Source: an uncultured Candidatus Saccharibacteria bacterium (GTDB taxonomy: Bacteria > Patescibacteriota > Minisyncoccia > Phycocordibacterales > UBA918). Taken from it: 38,187 nucleotides of DNA. Of the stretch, positions 15,296 to 23,720 are shown piece after piece (position 1 is the first letter of the stretch; each line of letters opens with the position of its first letter). The notes below the pieces were generated by a model, which worked only from the letters and a program-made list of their open reading frames with translations, was not told where the DNA came from and did not search any database. The translations under genes were made by a program, and so were the position numbers. The DNA is taken from the NCBI GenBank assembly GCA_964655825.1, contig CAZZPW010000003.1, positions 6,109 to 44,295 of the forward strand, in the 5' to 3' direction.

Positions 15296-17014
15296 ATGGT
15301 TTCGGGTGATGCGGTGCAACAGATAAAGGAACGGCTCGATATTGTCGAGGTGGTTGGTCAGTACGTTGAACTAAAACCGGCGGGGAAGAGCCTTAAGGGA
15401 AAGTCGCCGTTTACCAACGAGCGCACGCCATCGTTTTACGTCTCGCCCGACCGGGGGATGTACTACTGTTTTTCGACTAACCAAGGAGGCGACATTTTTA
15501 CCTTTATCGAAAAACTGGAAGGGGTCGACTTTAAGGGGGCGTTAAAGATACTGGCCGATAAAGCCGGGGTTGAGCTGGTCCGGGAAGACCCCAAGAAGAG
15601 GACCGAGCGCGACAACCACTACGCTGCGATGGAGGCCGCTACGGTGTTCTACGAACAAACGTTACGTGAGCATGAGGAGGCAATCGGGTACCTTAAAGAT
15701 CGTGGGGTAAGTGGGCTGACAGCGAAGCAATGGCGGATTGGCTATGCCCCCAATGACTGGCGAGAAGGTAAGACCACTCTCGAAGCTAAACAGGTAACGA
15801 CCGATACATTGCGAACGGTTGGTCTTATTAAAGGCGAAGCGGGGAAAGAGCCGTACGACGTATTTCGTGACCGCGTGATGTTCCCCATTTTTGATCCGTC
15901 TGGGCGGGTGATTGCTTTTTCGGGACGGTTGCTCCACCCCGACGATAAGGCACCCAAGTATGTTAATTCGCCGGAGAGCCCGTTGTTTAAGAAGAGTGAG
16001 GCGCTCTACGGTTACCATCGTGCCAAAGAGGGCATTCGTAAAATGAACTTTTCGCTTATTGTTGAAGGGCAATTTGACGTCGTACTGGCGCACCAGGCTG
16101 GATATCACAACGCGGTGGCGGTCTCGGGTACGGCCCTGACATCACACCACGTGGCGCTGCTGCAACGACTTTCTAATCGTTGTGTGTTAGCACTCGATGC
16201 CGACCGGGCTGGTATTGCCGCGGTAAAGAAGGCGGCAACGGTCATGCTGGCGCGCGGCATGGATGTAAAAGTAGCACGCTTGCCAGAAGGAGAAGACCCG
16301 GCTGATATTATTCATGATGATGTGGGTCGATTTAAGTCGTATATTGGCGCTGCCTCACATGTGATTGAGTTTTTACTCGCGGTACTCCGCGAACAACAAA
16401 AAGACGAACGCACCTTTAAGCTGCAGGTACGCGAGGAGGTGTTACCATTTGTGGCCACAATCCCAAACCATATCGACCAAGAGCATTTTGTAGGTGTGGT
16501 AGCGCATGCCCTTGATATAGAAAAGACAGCGATTCGACTTGAGCTCGCTCGGTTCCTCGAAGCCCAAACTGACGTGCCAGGGCAGACCGCTACGGAACCG
16601 CCACCTGTAGCAAGTCCAACTACCAATACCACTACGCGACTCGATTCGGTCCGCGCCTACATTCAAGCGGTGTACCCACTACTTGAAACAACGAGTCAGT
16701 CGGTTGTAGCGACTTACTTTGAACGCATTACTGGTCGAGCAGTCACCGATACAGACGCAATCGCGGAGACGGTTAACCAGTTGAGTTTTCAGTTAGAAGA
16801 GCAATTAGCAACCTACTCGCCAGCTCAGATACGAGCCGAGGTGGCTGCGTATTTAGAAGAGTTACGACAGCAGACCTACCGAGCAGAGCTGCGTGAGCTG
16901 CGGGCTGCCTTGCATGCACCAGACGCAGATGAAACTACATTACTAGCGCAGATTGAGGCGCTGACACAAAAACTAAGTGGCGACGTACTCACAGAGTCAA
17001 TTTTTACGGGGTAG
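15296..17014 (+). CDS. dnaG: DNA primase DnaG (zinc-ribbon ligands largely substituted)
   Basis: The N-terminus QQIKERLDIVEVVGQYVELKPAGKSLKGKSPFTNERTPSFYVSPDRGMYYCFSTNQGGDIFTF is primase ZBD-like. The RNA-polymerase core contains RVMFPIFDPSGRVIAFSGR. TOPRIM is marked by IVEGQFDVV and LALDADRAG. Confidence 0.9.
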   Translation: MVSGDAVQQIKERLDIVEVVGQYVELKPAGKSLKGKSPFTNERTPSFYVSPDRGMYYCFSTNQGGDIFTFIEKLEGVDFKGALKILADKAGVELVREDPKKRTERDNHYAAMEAATVFYEQTLREHEEAIGYLKDRGVSGLTAKQWRIGYAPNDWREGKTTLEAKQVTTDTLRTVGLIKGEAGKEPYDVFRDRVMFPIFDPSGRVIAFSGRLLHPDDKAPKYVNSPESPLFKKSEALYGYHRAKEGIRKMNFSLIVEGQFDVVLAHQAGYHNAVAVSGTALTSHHVALLQRLSNRCVLALDADRAGIAAVKKAATVMLARGMDVKVARLPEGEDPADIIHDDVGRFKSYIGAASHVIEFLLAVLREQQKDERTFKLQVREEVLPFVATIPNHIDQEHFVGVVAHALDIEKTAIRLELARFLEAQTDVPGQTATEPPPVASPTTNTTTRLDSVRAYIQAVYPLLETTSQSVVATYFERITGRAVTDTDAIAETVNQLSFQLEEQLATYSPAQIRAEVAAYLEELRQQTYRAELRELRAALHAPDADETTLLAQIEALTQKLSGDVLTESIFTG

Positions 17015-17018
17015 CTCA

Positions 17019-17046
17019 TTGCGTTATTGTGTATATAGCGTATAGT
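17019..17046 (+). promoter_or_regulatory. Promoter for rpoD (TTGCGT-16-TATAGT)
   Basis: TTGCGT at 17019-17024 and TATAGT at 17041-17046, just after the dnaG stop. Confidence 0.4.
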
Positions 17047-17084
17047 GTGCGCTATCCCGTAGATAGTTGGGATTTTTTATATTG

Positions 17085-18425
17085 ATGCCAAGCAAAAAAA
17101 CCACAACCAAAAAAGCGGCACCAAAAAAAGTAGCAAAAAAAGCTACTACACAGGCAGCAAAATCAGTGGGTACGACCAAAAAGGTCACCAAAAAAACTAC
17201 TGCCAAAACCACCAAAAAAGTTACCCAGAAGGTGACGAAAAAGACAGCGAGCAAAGCTCCAGTAAAGGCTACTTCGAAAAAAGTAGTCAAAAAGGTGCTA
17301 CCAGCTAAACGTCCAATAAAAAAAGTAGCTACACCAGCTAAGCCGACAAAAGCACAACGGGAGCAACAGGATAAAGCCGAAGAATTGCTGAAAATGGGTC
17401 GTGACCGCGGCTACGTGACGTATGACGAAATCATGCGCTTTTTCCCGTCGATTGAGCGTGATGTCGCATTTCTCGATGCTCTCTACGAGCGTTTTGAAGT
17501 CGCCAATGTTGATGTACTTAAAAGTGGCGGTATGCTCGGCGACGATACGACCGAAGCCGTCTTAGCCCAAAAGAATGCCTACCGGCGCAACGACTCTAGC
17601 TACGACTCAATTCAGATGTATCTTCGTGAAATTGGGCAGTACCCACTCTTGACCGCGCAAGAAGAGAAAGACCTGGCTAAGCGAATACTAGCAGGCGATG
17701 AAGAAGCGCGTAATCTGCTTGCTCGGGCGAACCTGCGTTTAGTTGTTTCGATTGCGAAAAAGTACGTTGGTCGTTCGCCCGACCTCACCCTACTCGATTT
17801 GATTCAAGAGGGTAATCTCGGTCTGTTTAAAGCTGTCGATAAGTTTGACCACACCAAGGGCTTTAAGTTCTCCACCTACGCTACGTGGTGGATTCGCCAA
17901 GCGATTACCCGTGCGTTGGCTGACCAGTCACGTACCATCCGTATCCCAGTCCATATGGTAGAGACTATGGCTAAGTACAAACAAGTGTCGCGTCGACTGG
18001 CGCAAGACCTTGGTCGCGACCCGATGCCGGAAGAGATTGCTACGGAGATGGATATTGAGGTAGAGAAGGTCTACCAAATCGAAAAGATTAGCCAAGACAC
18101 CATCTCGCTCGAGCTACCGATTGGTGACGACGACGACCGCTCACGGCTGTCTGACTTCATCTCTGACGAGAAAATGGTTTCACCCGACCAAGAAGTTGCG
18201 CATAGTATCTTGACCGATCAAATTATGGAAATTCTTGATACGCTTTCAGAGAAGGAGCGCAAAATTCTCGAGATGCGCCATGGCTTGCTCGACGGCACGT
18301 ACCACACGCTCGAAGAGGTGGGTAAAGAATTTGGGGTAACGCGTGAGCGTATTCGTCAGATTGAAGCTAAGGCGCTGGAGAAGATACGTCAGCACGACAA
18401 AGCGCGACGTCTCAAGTCCTACTAA
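17085..18425 (+). CDS. rpoD: Primary sigma factor (sigma-70 / RpoD) with a ~95-aa Lys/Thr-rich N-terminal extension
   Basis: Region 1.1-like [17 protein letters not shown], region 2 [18 protein letters not shown], region 4.2 [20 protein letters not shown]. The N-terminus reads [19 protein letters not shown]...[22 protein letters not shown]. Confidence 0.95.
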   Translation: MPSKKTTTKKAAPKKVAKKATTQAAKSVGTTKKVTKKTTAKTTKKVTQKVTKKTASKAPVKATSKKVVKKVLPAKRPIKKVATPAKPTKAQREQQDKAEELLKMGRDRGYVTYDEIMRFFPSIERDVAFLDALYERFEVANVDVLKSGGMLGDDTTEAVLAQKNAYRRNDSSYDSIQMYLREIGQYPLLTAQEEKDLAKRILAGDEEARNLLARANLRLVVSIAKKYVGRSPDLTLLDLIQEGNLGLFKAVDKFDHTKGFKFSTYATWWIRQAITRALADQSRTIRIPVHMVETMAKYKQVSRRLAQDLGRDPMPEEIATEMDIEVEKVYQIEKISQDTISLELPIGDDDDRSRLSDFISDEKMVSPDQEVAHSILTDQIMEILDTLSEKERKILEMRHGLLDGTYHTLEEVGKEFGVTRERIRQIEAKALEKIRQHDKARRLKSY

Positions 18426-18442
18426 CTCTGAGATCACAGAAA

Positions 18443-18541
18443 TTGTCGATTTCCTTTCTTGTACGACAGAAAATAATTGTCACCGTATCTCGACGGACGT
18501 CTCCAATTATTTTCCTTGTGCGCCGCGCATCTCATCCAATT
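18443..18541 (+). repeat. Copy B of the post-stop module / 33-codon mini-ORF homologue (TTG start, 17 nt after the rpoD stop)
   Basis: It aligns codon for codon with 25420-25518: MSISFLVRQKIIVTVSRRTSPIIFLVRRASHPI versus MSELLCCSSKIDAHRIQNTTRINFLLRRAFHLI. The core GCGCCGCGCAT is identical in both. Confidence 0.6.
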
Positions 18542-18575
18542 ACTACAATTTCAGCGCAGCAGACAGCCTACTACA

Positions 18576-18608
18576 ACAAATGGTCTAGGGGACTCCTAGA
18601 CCATTTGT
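18576..18608 (-). terminator. 14-bp perfect hairpin 15 nt downstream of the CBS gene stop
   Basis: ACAAATGGTCTAGG (18576-18589), loop ggact, then CCTAGACCATTTGT (18595-18608). Confidence 0.6.
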
Positions 18609-18623
18609 CGTTGGTGGGGTCGA

Positions 18624-19064
18624 CTAGAGGTAGGCCTCGAGTACTTGTTTAAGGCCGCTGCGAGAGATAATACCGACGGGACGGCCATCGTGGTCAACCA
18701 CAGCAATCCGCGCCCGGCCTTGGCCAATCGCCACTGCTGCCACCTGGAGCAAAGTGCCATCGGGGGTAACGGTGTCAAAGTCAGTCGACATAAACTCTGC
18801 TACCGGTGTATCTTGGGCTTCATGAACAGACGCTTTAAAGGCGGCTTCATCTTCGAGGTGCGCGAACGCCTGGTCGCCGGAGGTGTCGACAGGGATAATA
18901 GCGTCAAAGAGGTCAGATACACTCACCTCACCGACGAGTTTGCCGTCATCGCCAGCTACCAATAAGGTATTGGTGTATCCGGTATTCATAGCATGTAGGG
19001 CGTCTGCTAAGCTCGCCGCTTCAGATACTACGACCGCGTCTTTGATAATCGTTTTTAAGTCCAT
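18624..19064 (-). CDS. CBS-domain pair protein (147 aa)
   Basis: Two CBS-like repeats: IIKDAVVVSEAASLADALHAMNTGYTNTLLVAGDDGKLVGEVSVSDL and FMSTDFDTVTPDGTLLQVAAVAIGQGRARIAVVDHDGRPVGIISRSGL. ATG 19064 was chosen because a -10 box lies 6 nt upstream. Confidence 0.8.
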   Translation of the reverse strand: MDLKTIIKDAVVVSEAASLADALHAMNTGYTNTLLVAGDDGKLVGEVSVSDLFDAIIPVDTSGDQAFAHLEDEAAFKASVHEAQDTPVAEFMSTDFDTVTPDGTLLQVAAVAIGQGRARIAVVDHDGRPVGIISRSGLKQVLEAYL

Positions 19065-19070
19065 AGATTT

Positions 19071-19098
19071 ATTGTAGCGCGAAGTGCGCGTCTGTCCA
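19071..19098 (-). promoter_or_regulatory. Promoter TGGACA-16-TACAAT, with the -10 box 6 nt from the CBS ATG (leaderless)
   Basis: On the minus strand the sequence reads TGGACAgacgcgcacttcgcgcTACAATaaatctATG. Confidence 0.45.
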
Positions 19099-19134
19099 GA
19101 CCACACACCAGTGTAGTTATCAACTCCAATTAAG

Positions 19135-19162
19135 TTGACACCTACAATTAGAGGAGTAGTAT
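19135..19162 (+). promoter_or_regulatory. Promoter for the antiporter gene (TTGACA-16-TAGTAT)
   Basis: TTGACA at 19135-19140 and TAGTAT at 19157-19162, giving a leader of about 65 nt. Confidence 0.35.
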
Positions 19163-19231
19163 GTCCGACGTTCTGCGCACCAGTCCTGCGCACCTTTTAT
19201 TTCTAGAACGATACAGAACGATTATTTCGGC

Positions 19232-20614
19232 ATGAAAGCTTTAACGCAGATGTCCCGATTATCAGTGTATGCTGTGCTTGCGGCTGGAGTCGCCGCCACT
19301 CTACCGATGGTAGTTTGGGGTGCCGGCGGCGACAGTGCGCACACCACCGCGCTCCTCTTCATTGCGGTGATACTTCTCGCTGCCAAGGCCTCGAGTCTTA
19401 TCGAGCGCTTCGGCCAGCCGTCGGTCTTAGGAGAACTTTTGGTTGGTGTGGTGTTGGGTAACCTCGCCCTTGTTGGTATCACCATCTTTGAGCCAATCAA
19501 ACAAGACGCCATTATTGCCTTTTTAGCGCAGCTCGGTGTCGTGATACTCCTGTTCCAGATTGGTCTCGAATCGAACTTTAAAGAAATGACGAAAGTTGGC
19601 TTACCAGCAGTACTCGTCGCGATCGCGGGAGTGGTGGTACCGTTTGGACTCGGTGTATACATTGTCGGCCCTTGGTTACTACCTGAGGCAGGCACCACTA
19701 CGTTGCTGTTTCTGGGTGCTGCCCTGACCGCGACGTCGGTCGGTATTACCGCCCGGGTCTTTAAAGATCTTGGCAAACTTCAAACACGCGAGAGTCAAAT
19801 TGTACTAGGAGCGGCCGTCATCGACGACGTGATGGGTCTGATTATTTTGGCGGTGGTCTCAGCTATCGCAACGGTAGGGGCAATTACTGGTAGCGCCGTG
19901 GCGATTATTATTCTCAAAGCCCTTCTCTTCTTAGGTGGCGCTATTGTTCTCGGGCAACTACTTGCGCCACACCTGAGTCTCTTTTTCTCAAAGATTCATG
20001 CTGGGGTGGGTATGAAGTTTACCCTGGCGTTCTCGGTCGGCCTTCTGTTTGCCTACGTAGCCGCGCAGATGGGGCTCGCACCCATCATTGGTGCCTTTGC
20101 CGGTGGACTCATTCTCGATGCGGTGGTCTTCCGGCGCTTTCGCCGACCGGAGTACGTTGAGGAACTGGCACTTATTCAAGACGAAGTAACGGGACCGGCA
20201 AAGGGTAAGATTGCAGATTTGGTGCACCGCTACGAACATCGTCACATTGAAGACTTGATTGAGCCAGTAGCACAGGTATTTGTACCAATCTTTTTCGTCG
20301 TGACCGGTATGGCGGTCGATTTGACGACTTTTGCTGACACCACCATTATTCTCAGCGCACTTGGTATCACGGTAGTTGCTTTCGCGGGCAAAATTGTGGC
20401 TGGCTTCTTTGCGGGCGCGGGTGTTAATAAGTGGATTGTTGGTTTCGGGATGGTCCCCCGTGGGGAAGTAGGACTCATTTTTGCCACAATTGGCGCTGGG
20501 TTGGGTGTGGTGACTGACGGCGTTTTTTCGGTAATTATCATTATGGTAATTTTAACGACGCTAATAACGCCGCCAGTCTTGACGTACCTGTTAAAACAAC
20601 AGCCGGCAACCTAA
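19232..20614 (+). CDS. Cation:proton antiporter (CPA2 / Kef-type Na+/H+ exchanger family membrane protein)
   Basis: 460 aa, hydrophobic throughout with about 12 helices. The N-terminal pattern LLAAKASSLIERFGQPSVLGELLVGVVLGN is typical of the family. Confidence 0.8.
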   Translation: MKALTQMSRLSVYAVLAAGVAATLPMVVWGAGGDSAHTTALLFIAVILLAAKASSLIERFGQPSVLGELLVGVVLGNLALVGITIFEPIKQDAIIAFLAQLGVVILLFQIGLESNFKEMTKVGLPAVLVAIAGVVVPFGLGVYIVGPWLLPEAGTTTLLFLGAALTATSVGITARVFKDLGKLQTRESQIVLGAAVIDDVMGLIILAVVSAIATVGAITGSAVAIIILKALLFLGGAIVLGQLLAPHLSLFFSKIHAGVGMKFTLAFSVGLLFAYVAAQMGLAPIIGAFAGGLILDAVVFRRFRRPEYVEELALIQDEVTGPAKGKIADLVHRYEHRHIEDLIEPVAQVFVPIFFVVTGMAVDLTTFADTTIILSALGITVVAFAGKIVAGFFAGAGVNKWIVGFGMVPRGEVGLIFATIGAGLGVVTDGVFSVIIIMVILTTLITPPVLTYLLKQQPAT

Positions 20615-20657
20615 ACTGCTGTCGCCCGAATACATCCGCGCTAGTCGTGGGTGTTTT

Positions 20658-20666
20658 TGGTATACT
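20658..20666 (+). promoter_or_regulatory. Extended -10 element TGGTATACT, 6 nt upstream of the helicase ATG (leaderless)
   Basis: gtgtttttGGTATACTgcagcaATG. Confidence 0.45.
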
Positions 20667-20672
20667 GCAGCA

Positions 20673-23600
20673 ATGTCTACACAACGCAGTGCCGCGCTCA
20701 CGGCCACCTTCGACCAGGCGTATACCACACTGAACGACGCACAGCGAGAAGCAGTCGATACCATCGAGGGTCCGGTCATGGTGATTGCCGGGCCGGGGAC
20801 CGGTAAAACGCAGATTTTGGCTCTACGGATTGCCAATATCCTGCGCCAGACTGACACCGCACCCGAACATATTCTCGCGCTCACGTTTACCGACAGTGGA
20901 GCTAAAGCAATGCGCGACCGTCTTCGTCACTACATTGGCGCTGAGGCCTACCGGGTAGCTATTTTTACCTTCCATGGTTTGGCTAATCACCTTATTGCGC
21001 GTTATCCAGACGCCTACCCCACCATTGCGGGTGGTCGTGCCGTGACTGACCTCGAGCAGCTTGAACTCTTCGAAACTATTCTCGCCAGTACCGAGATAAC
21101 CCGGTTGCGGCCAGCGGGAAATCCGACCCTGTACGTGCCACACGTCCAGCGTATGATTGGTACCCTGAAGCAAGAGTTTGTTACACCCACAGCACTGCGC
21201 GAGATTATAGCTGAGCAGGAGGCAACCCTCGCCGCTGAGCCGCGTGTGCATGAGAAGGGAGCACATAAAGGTAAGGTGCGCGGTGCCTACGCCGAGCTCG
21301 AAAAAAGCATCGCTAAAAACCACGAACTCGCTTTTGTTTACGATCGCTACCAGGCTGCACTCGGCCAGGCGCATTGGTATGACTTTAACGACATGCTCCT
21401 TGAGACGGTCGCGGCACTCCAGCGTGATGAGTCGATGTTACGCGACGTGCAGGAGACCTACCAGTACGTCTTGGCCGATGAGCACCAGGACGTCAATGGT
21501 ACGCAAAATACTCTGTTGGAGTTGATAGTGTCGTATCATACGCGACCAAATATATTTGCAGTAGGTGACGAGAAGCAAGCGATCTACCGCTTTCAGGGTG
21601 CCTCGCTTGAGAACTTTTTAAAATTTACTGATGTATACCCCGACACCAAAACGATTACCTTAACTGCAAATTATCGCTCAGGGCAACCAGTGCTTGATGC
21701 AGCACACAGCTTGGTGGCGGTCGAGGAGGGGCCACTCATGGACTTGCGCGTACCACTTACGGCCGCTGCGGTCGATACTGCAACAGTGGAGCAACGAACG
21801 TTTCACCACCAAGCAGTCGAGGATGACTGGCTCGTGAGCACCGTCGCCGCGCAGGTGGCCGCCGGTGTACCGGCGCATGAGATAGCCGTCATTGTGCGCA
21901 CCAACCGCGAAGTTGAACACGTGGCTGGTCTCTTGCGGAGTCAGGGGCAGGTGGTGGCCGCCTCGGCCGATGGCGATATTCTTCACCATCCCATTACTGA
22001 ACAGCTTGAGACGTTATTGCGGGTGGTAGCCAACCCGGCAGATACGATTGCGCTGGCGCGGGTGGTACTGGCTCCGTACTGGCAACTCTCCACTGCCGAT
22101 AGAACACGCATTTTGGCGGCACAGCGATACGATCGGCCACTGACAATGATTTTGTCTGATACAGCGGTACACGCTGAGCTTGGTCTCGATGACCCTGAGT
22201 CAGTCGACGCGCTCTGGCACACCATAGCGACGGCGCGTACCGCGAGTGCGACTATGCCTCCGCACCGTATTGTCCAGCAGATATTGCAGCAGAGTGGTTT
22301 TTTAGCCTACGTTATACGGCACGACCCGATTGAGGGCACGCGTGTCGTTCGACGGTTATACGACGAAATAGAATCATTGGTTCGCCATCAGAACGCTAGT
22401 AGTGTGCAGTCGGTAGTGTCAGGGCTCACCATACGACGTCAGTACCATTTACCACTGACTGCGCCGTACATTAATGCGGCGACCGAAGCCATTCAGGTAA
22501 TGACAGCGCACAAGTCGAAAGGGCTTGAGTTCAACGCAGTGTTTGTACCGTACTGTACCGATCGCACCTGGGGTGGGCAGACCAAGCCCGAATACTTTAA
22601 ACTCCCCTTAGTGCGTCGCAGTATTGCCGACGCGGTCGAACCACTCGACGATGAGCGTCGACTGATGTTCGTAGCAATGACGCGCGCCCGGCACGCGCTA
22701 TACCTCTCGAGTAGTGAGCAGAGTAGCGAAGGAAAAGAACTCACCCCGTCACGATTACTGGCAGAGCTTAATCCGGCTTTCGTTACGGTCTGTGATACCA
22801 GCCAAGAGGCTGATACCTTTTCACCGACTACGGCACTCAGTGCTGTAGCTGTTCCCAGCAGCGTCGATGGCACGTTAATACGCACTCTTTTTCTTGAGCG
22901 TGGCTTCTCAGCGACTTCATTCAATAACTACGTAACCAGCCCCTGGTTGTATGTTGGGAAAAATCTATTACGCATTCCTGAGGTGCAAGGGTTGTCGTTA
23001 CTGTACGGCACGGCAATCCACAATGTGCTTGAACGAGCTACGCGAACCTATACTGCTACCGGCCACCTGCCCGGTGTCAATGACCTCGACGGATGGCTAC
23101 GTACTGAGTTGGCGCGACAACCACTGAGTGCGGCTGAGTATGCTGCGCAGCACGAACGAGCATTAGAAACACTCGCCCTCTATCGAGAGCATCTCGACGC
23201 AACACTCCCGGCTCGCACAATTGAAGAATTGAAATTGTCTGTAGTATTAGAGACCGGTCTCCCTGACTGTCCGGAGGTCGTACTGACCGGAAAACTCGAT
23301 CGCCTTGACGTCGGCGAGGATGGGCGGGTAGTGCGCGTCGTCGATTATAAAACGGGTAAACCCAAGAGTCGCAATGCTATTGAAGGTACGACTAAGAACG
23401 ACGACGGTGCCTACAAACAGCAGTTAGTGTTTTATGCGCTGTTACTTGAGTTGGCTGGTGAGCCTGAACGCGCTACCCGCACGATGACACTCTCGTTTGT
23501 AGAGCCAACCTCACGCGGTGAGATTAAGGAAGAGACATTTACGATTACCGACGAGGAAATTGATTCTGTACGAAGCGACCTGGTTGCTGCAGCGGCCGCC

Positions 23601-23690
23601 TTGAGTAGCGGTGACTGGCAACGAACGGCGTGCGACCCCGCAGTTGTCGAATACTGTGCGCTCATGCAACCAAAAACCGCTCCAGCATAA
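20673..23690 (+). CDS. UvrD/PcrA-type SF1 helicase fused to a C-terminal PD-(D/E)XK (RecB/AddA-like) nuclease
   Basis: Helicase motifs: AGPGTGKT (I), LADEHQDVN (II), TANYRSG (IV), MTAHKSKGLEF (V) and FVAMTRARHAL (VI). The C-terminus has GKLDRLDV...VVDYKTGKPK...YKQQLVFYALLL. Confidence 0.85.
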   Translation: MSTQRSAALTATFDQAYTTLNDAQREAVDTIEGPVMVIAGPGTGKTQILALRIANILRQTDTAPEHILALTFTDSGAKAMRDRLRHYIGAEAYRVAIFTFHGLANHLIARYPDAYPTIAGGRAVTDLEQLELFETILASTEITRLRPAGNPTLYVPHVQRMIGTLKQEFVTPTALREIIAEQEATLAAEPRVHEKGAHKGKVRGAYAELEKSIAKNHELAFVYDRYQAALGQAHWYDFNDMLLETVAALQRDESMLRDVQETYQYVLADEHQDVNGTQNTLLELIVSYHTRPNIFAVGDEKQAIYRFQGASLENFLKFTDVYPDTKTITLTANYRSGQPVLDAAHSLVAVEEGPLMDLRVPLTAAAVDTATVEQRTFHHQAVEDDWLVSTVAAQVAAGVPAHEIAVIVRTNREVEHVAGLLRSQGQVVAASADGDILHHPITEQLETLLRVVANPADTIALARVVLAPYWQLSTADRTRILAAQRYDRPLTMILSDTAVHAELGLDDPESVDALWHTIATARTASATMPPHRIVQQILQQSGFLAYVIRHDPIEGTRVVRRLYDEIESLVRHQNASSVQSVVSGLTIRRQYHLPLTAPYINAATEAIQVMTAHKSKGLEFNAVFVPYCTDRTWGGQTKPEYFKLPLVRRSIADAVEPLDDERRLMFVAMTRARHALYLSSSEQSSEGKELTPSRLLAELNPAFVTVCDTSQEADTFSPTTALSAVAVPSSVDGTLIRTLFLERGFSATSFNNYVTSPWLYVGKNLLRIPEVQGLSLLYGTAIHNVLERATRTYTATGHLPGVNDLDGWLRTELARQPLSAAEYAAQHERALETLALYREHLDATLPARTIEELKLSVVLETGLPDCPEVVLTGKLDRLDVGEDGRVVRVVDYKTGKPKSRNAIEGTTKNDDGAYKQQLVFYALLLELAGEPERATRTMTLSFVEPTSRGEIKEETFTITDEEIDSVRSDLVAAAAALSSGDWQRTACDPAVVEYCALMQPKTAPA

Positions 23691-23720
23691 GCTGAAGCGG
23701 GTAGTGGTTTGGACCGTACG

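Noticed and set aside
17024-17290. 88-aa Phe/Val-rich minus-strand ORF, and the similar ORFs at 34997-35299 and 35118-35309
   Set aside because: They are antisense shadows of the Lys-codon (AAA/AAG) runs of the rpoD and 35127 tails, which read as TTT/CTT on the other strand and mimic membrane proteins.
18542-18652. Full 69-aa version of the ORF starting at 18443
   Set aside because: Beyond codon 33 it loses all similarity to copy C, runs through the 18576-18608 terminator hairpin, and enters the 3' end of the convergent CBS gene.
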